64,000 nucleotides of DNA. It comes from a virus. Lineage: Duplodnaviria > Caudoviricetes. The notes under the pieces are model-generated. The model did not search any database, was not told the origin of the DNA, and saw nothing but the letters and a program-made list of their open reading frames with translations. Of the stretch, positions 63,588 to 64,000 are shown piece by piece (position 1 is the first letter of the stretch; each line of letters starts with the position of its first letter). The position numbers were made by a program, and so were the translations under genes. The stretch lies in the IMG/VR virus record IMGVR_UViG_3300010429_002123; one strand, written 5' to 3'.

Positions 63588-64000
63588 ATGAAGAGCACAG
63601 TAAGTGTGAAATCCCTGCAAGAAGAGATAAATGCCTGGGAAGAGACAAAAGAGAGGTTTTTCAGAGGAAAAGACCAGTTTATTGCTTCAATGGAGATAGC
63701 ACGTCTGGAGAAAGAAAAAGCTATACTACAGGAGATTAACCGTCTGAAAAAAGAGTTAAAAACTTCAGATGAGCGAACACCTATTACCTCAAACTGGAAG
63801 GGTTATGAGTATATAGAAAGAGCTATAAGAATAGCAGAAGAGGCCGGAGTAAGTGTGATAATACACGGTGTAAAAGACACTCCTGCTATACACTTGAGTC
63901 TGCCTCTCAAAAGAGAAAAAAAGTCATACCCTCTCGATACTTCCCTCTGCCCAGACGGGAGAAAACTTCTGGCCTTTGCCGAAGAAAAACTGAGTCTTAC
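63588..64000 (+). CDS. Hypothetical protein, 3'-truncated
   Basis: AGGAGG RBS, ATG 63588, frame open to window end. Confidence 0.55.
   Translation, partial: MKSTVSVKSLQEEINAWEETKERFFRGKDQFIASMEIARLEKEKAILQEINRLKKELKTSDERTPITSNWKGYEYIERAIRIAEEAGVSVIIHGVKDTPAIHLSLPLKREKKSYPLDTSLCPDGRKLLAFAEEKLSL

Noticed and set aside
1-64000. tRNA or rRNA genes
   Set aside because: No cloverleaf with T-loop/D-loop consensus was recognised in the intergenic regions; tRNAscan-SE would be decisive.
1-64000. Numerous short minus-strand ORFs in the track (e.g. 281-556, 12883-13359, 13491-14024, 37528-38106)
   Set aside because: They are shadows of well-supported + strand genes. Only 20902-21171 and 28128-28595 have promoter, RBS or motif support.
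1-64000. Alternative genetic code
   Set aside because: Genes are full-length and densely packed under the standard code, and all three stop codons are used.

Overview
A 64 kb segment of a large, AT-rich tailed phage genome (standard code, strong AGGAGG ribosome-binding sites, sigma70/sigmaA-type promoters, almost all genes on +). In order: a tail-fibre/receptor-binding module with four tandem kelch-like propeller paralogs and a glycosyltransferase (1-11.9 kb); lysis genes including an amidase-SLT endolysin (12-14.5 kb); probable head-internal proteins sharing a coiled-coil + EGGPGSG signal, with a CCA-adding enzyme among them (14.5-20.9 kb); and a long early/replication region driven by at least 10 copies of one promoter design. 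That region holds a GHKL ATPase, an ASCH protein, five small basic proteins with Gly-rich C-termini (four end in GG) next to a PP-loop PAPS-reductase-like enzyme, dCMP deaminase, ArdC, a Thg1-like protein, 23-bp iterons with HTH initiator-like genes, a DnaC-like loader, intein-containing DnaB, a C5 methyltransferase and a primase. The most notable element is a ~765-aa TnpB/Cas12-like RuvC protein (42255-44552) with six dispersed, diverged copies of a ~165-nt structured RNA scaffold. Compensatory changes are visible by eye in its stems, and a pseudoknot is predicted. Each scaffold ends in a 30-nt CRISPR-like repeat (GTTTCTAAAGAAACATGGTTAGATGGAAAG) that is reiterated into a mini-array with 0-36 nt spacers. 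I saw no cas1/cas2 or tnpA in the window. This looks like a phage-encoded, multi-locus omegaRNA-to-CRISPR intermediate. All family assignments come from motif recognition; no database searches were run.
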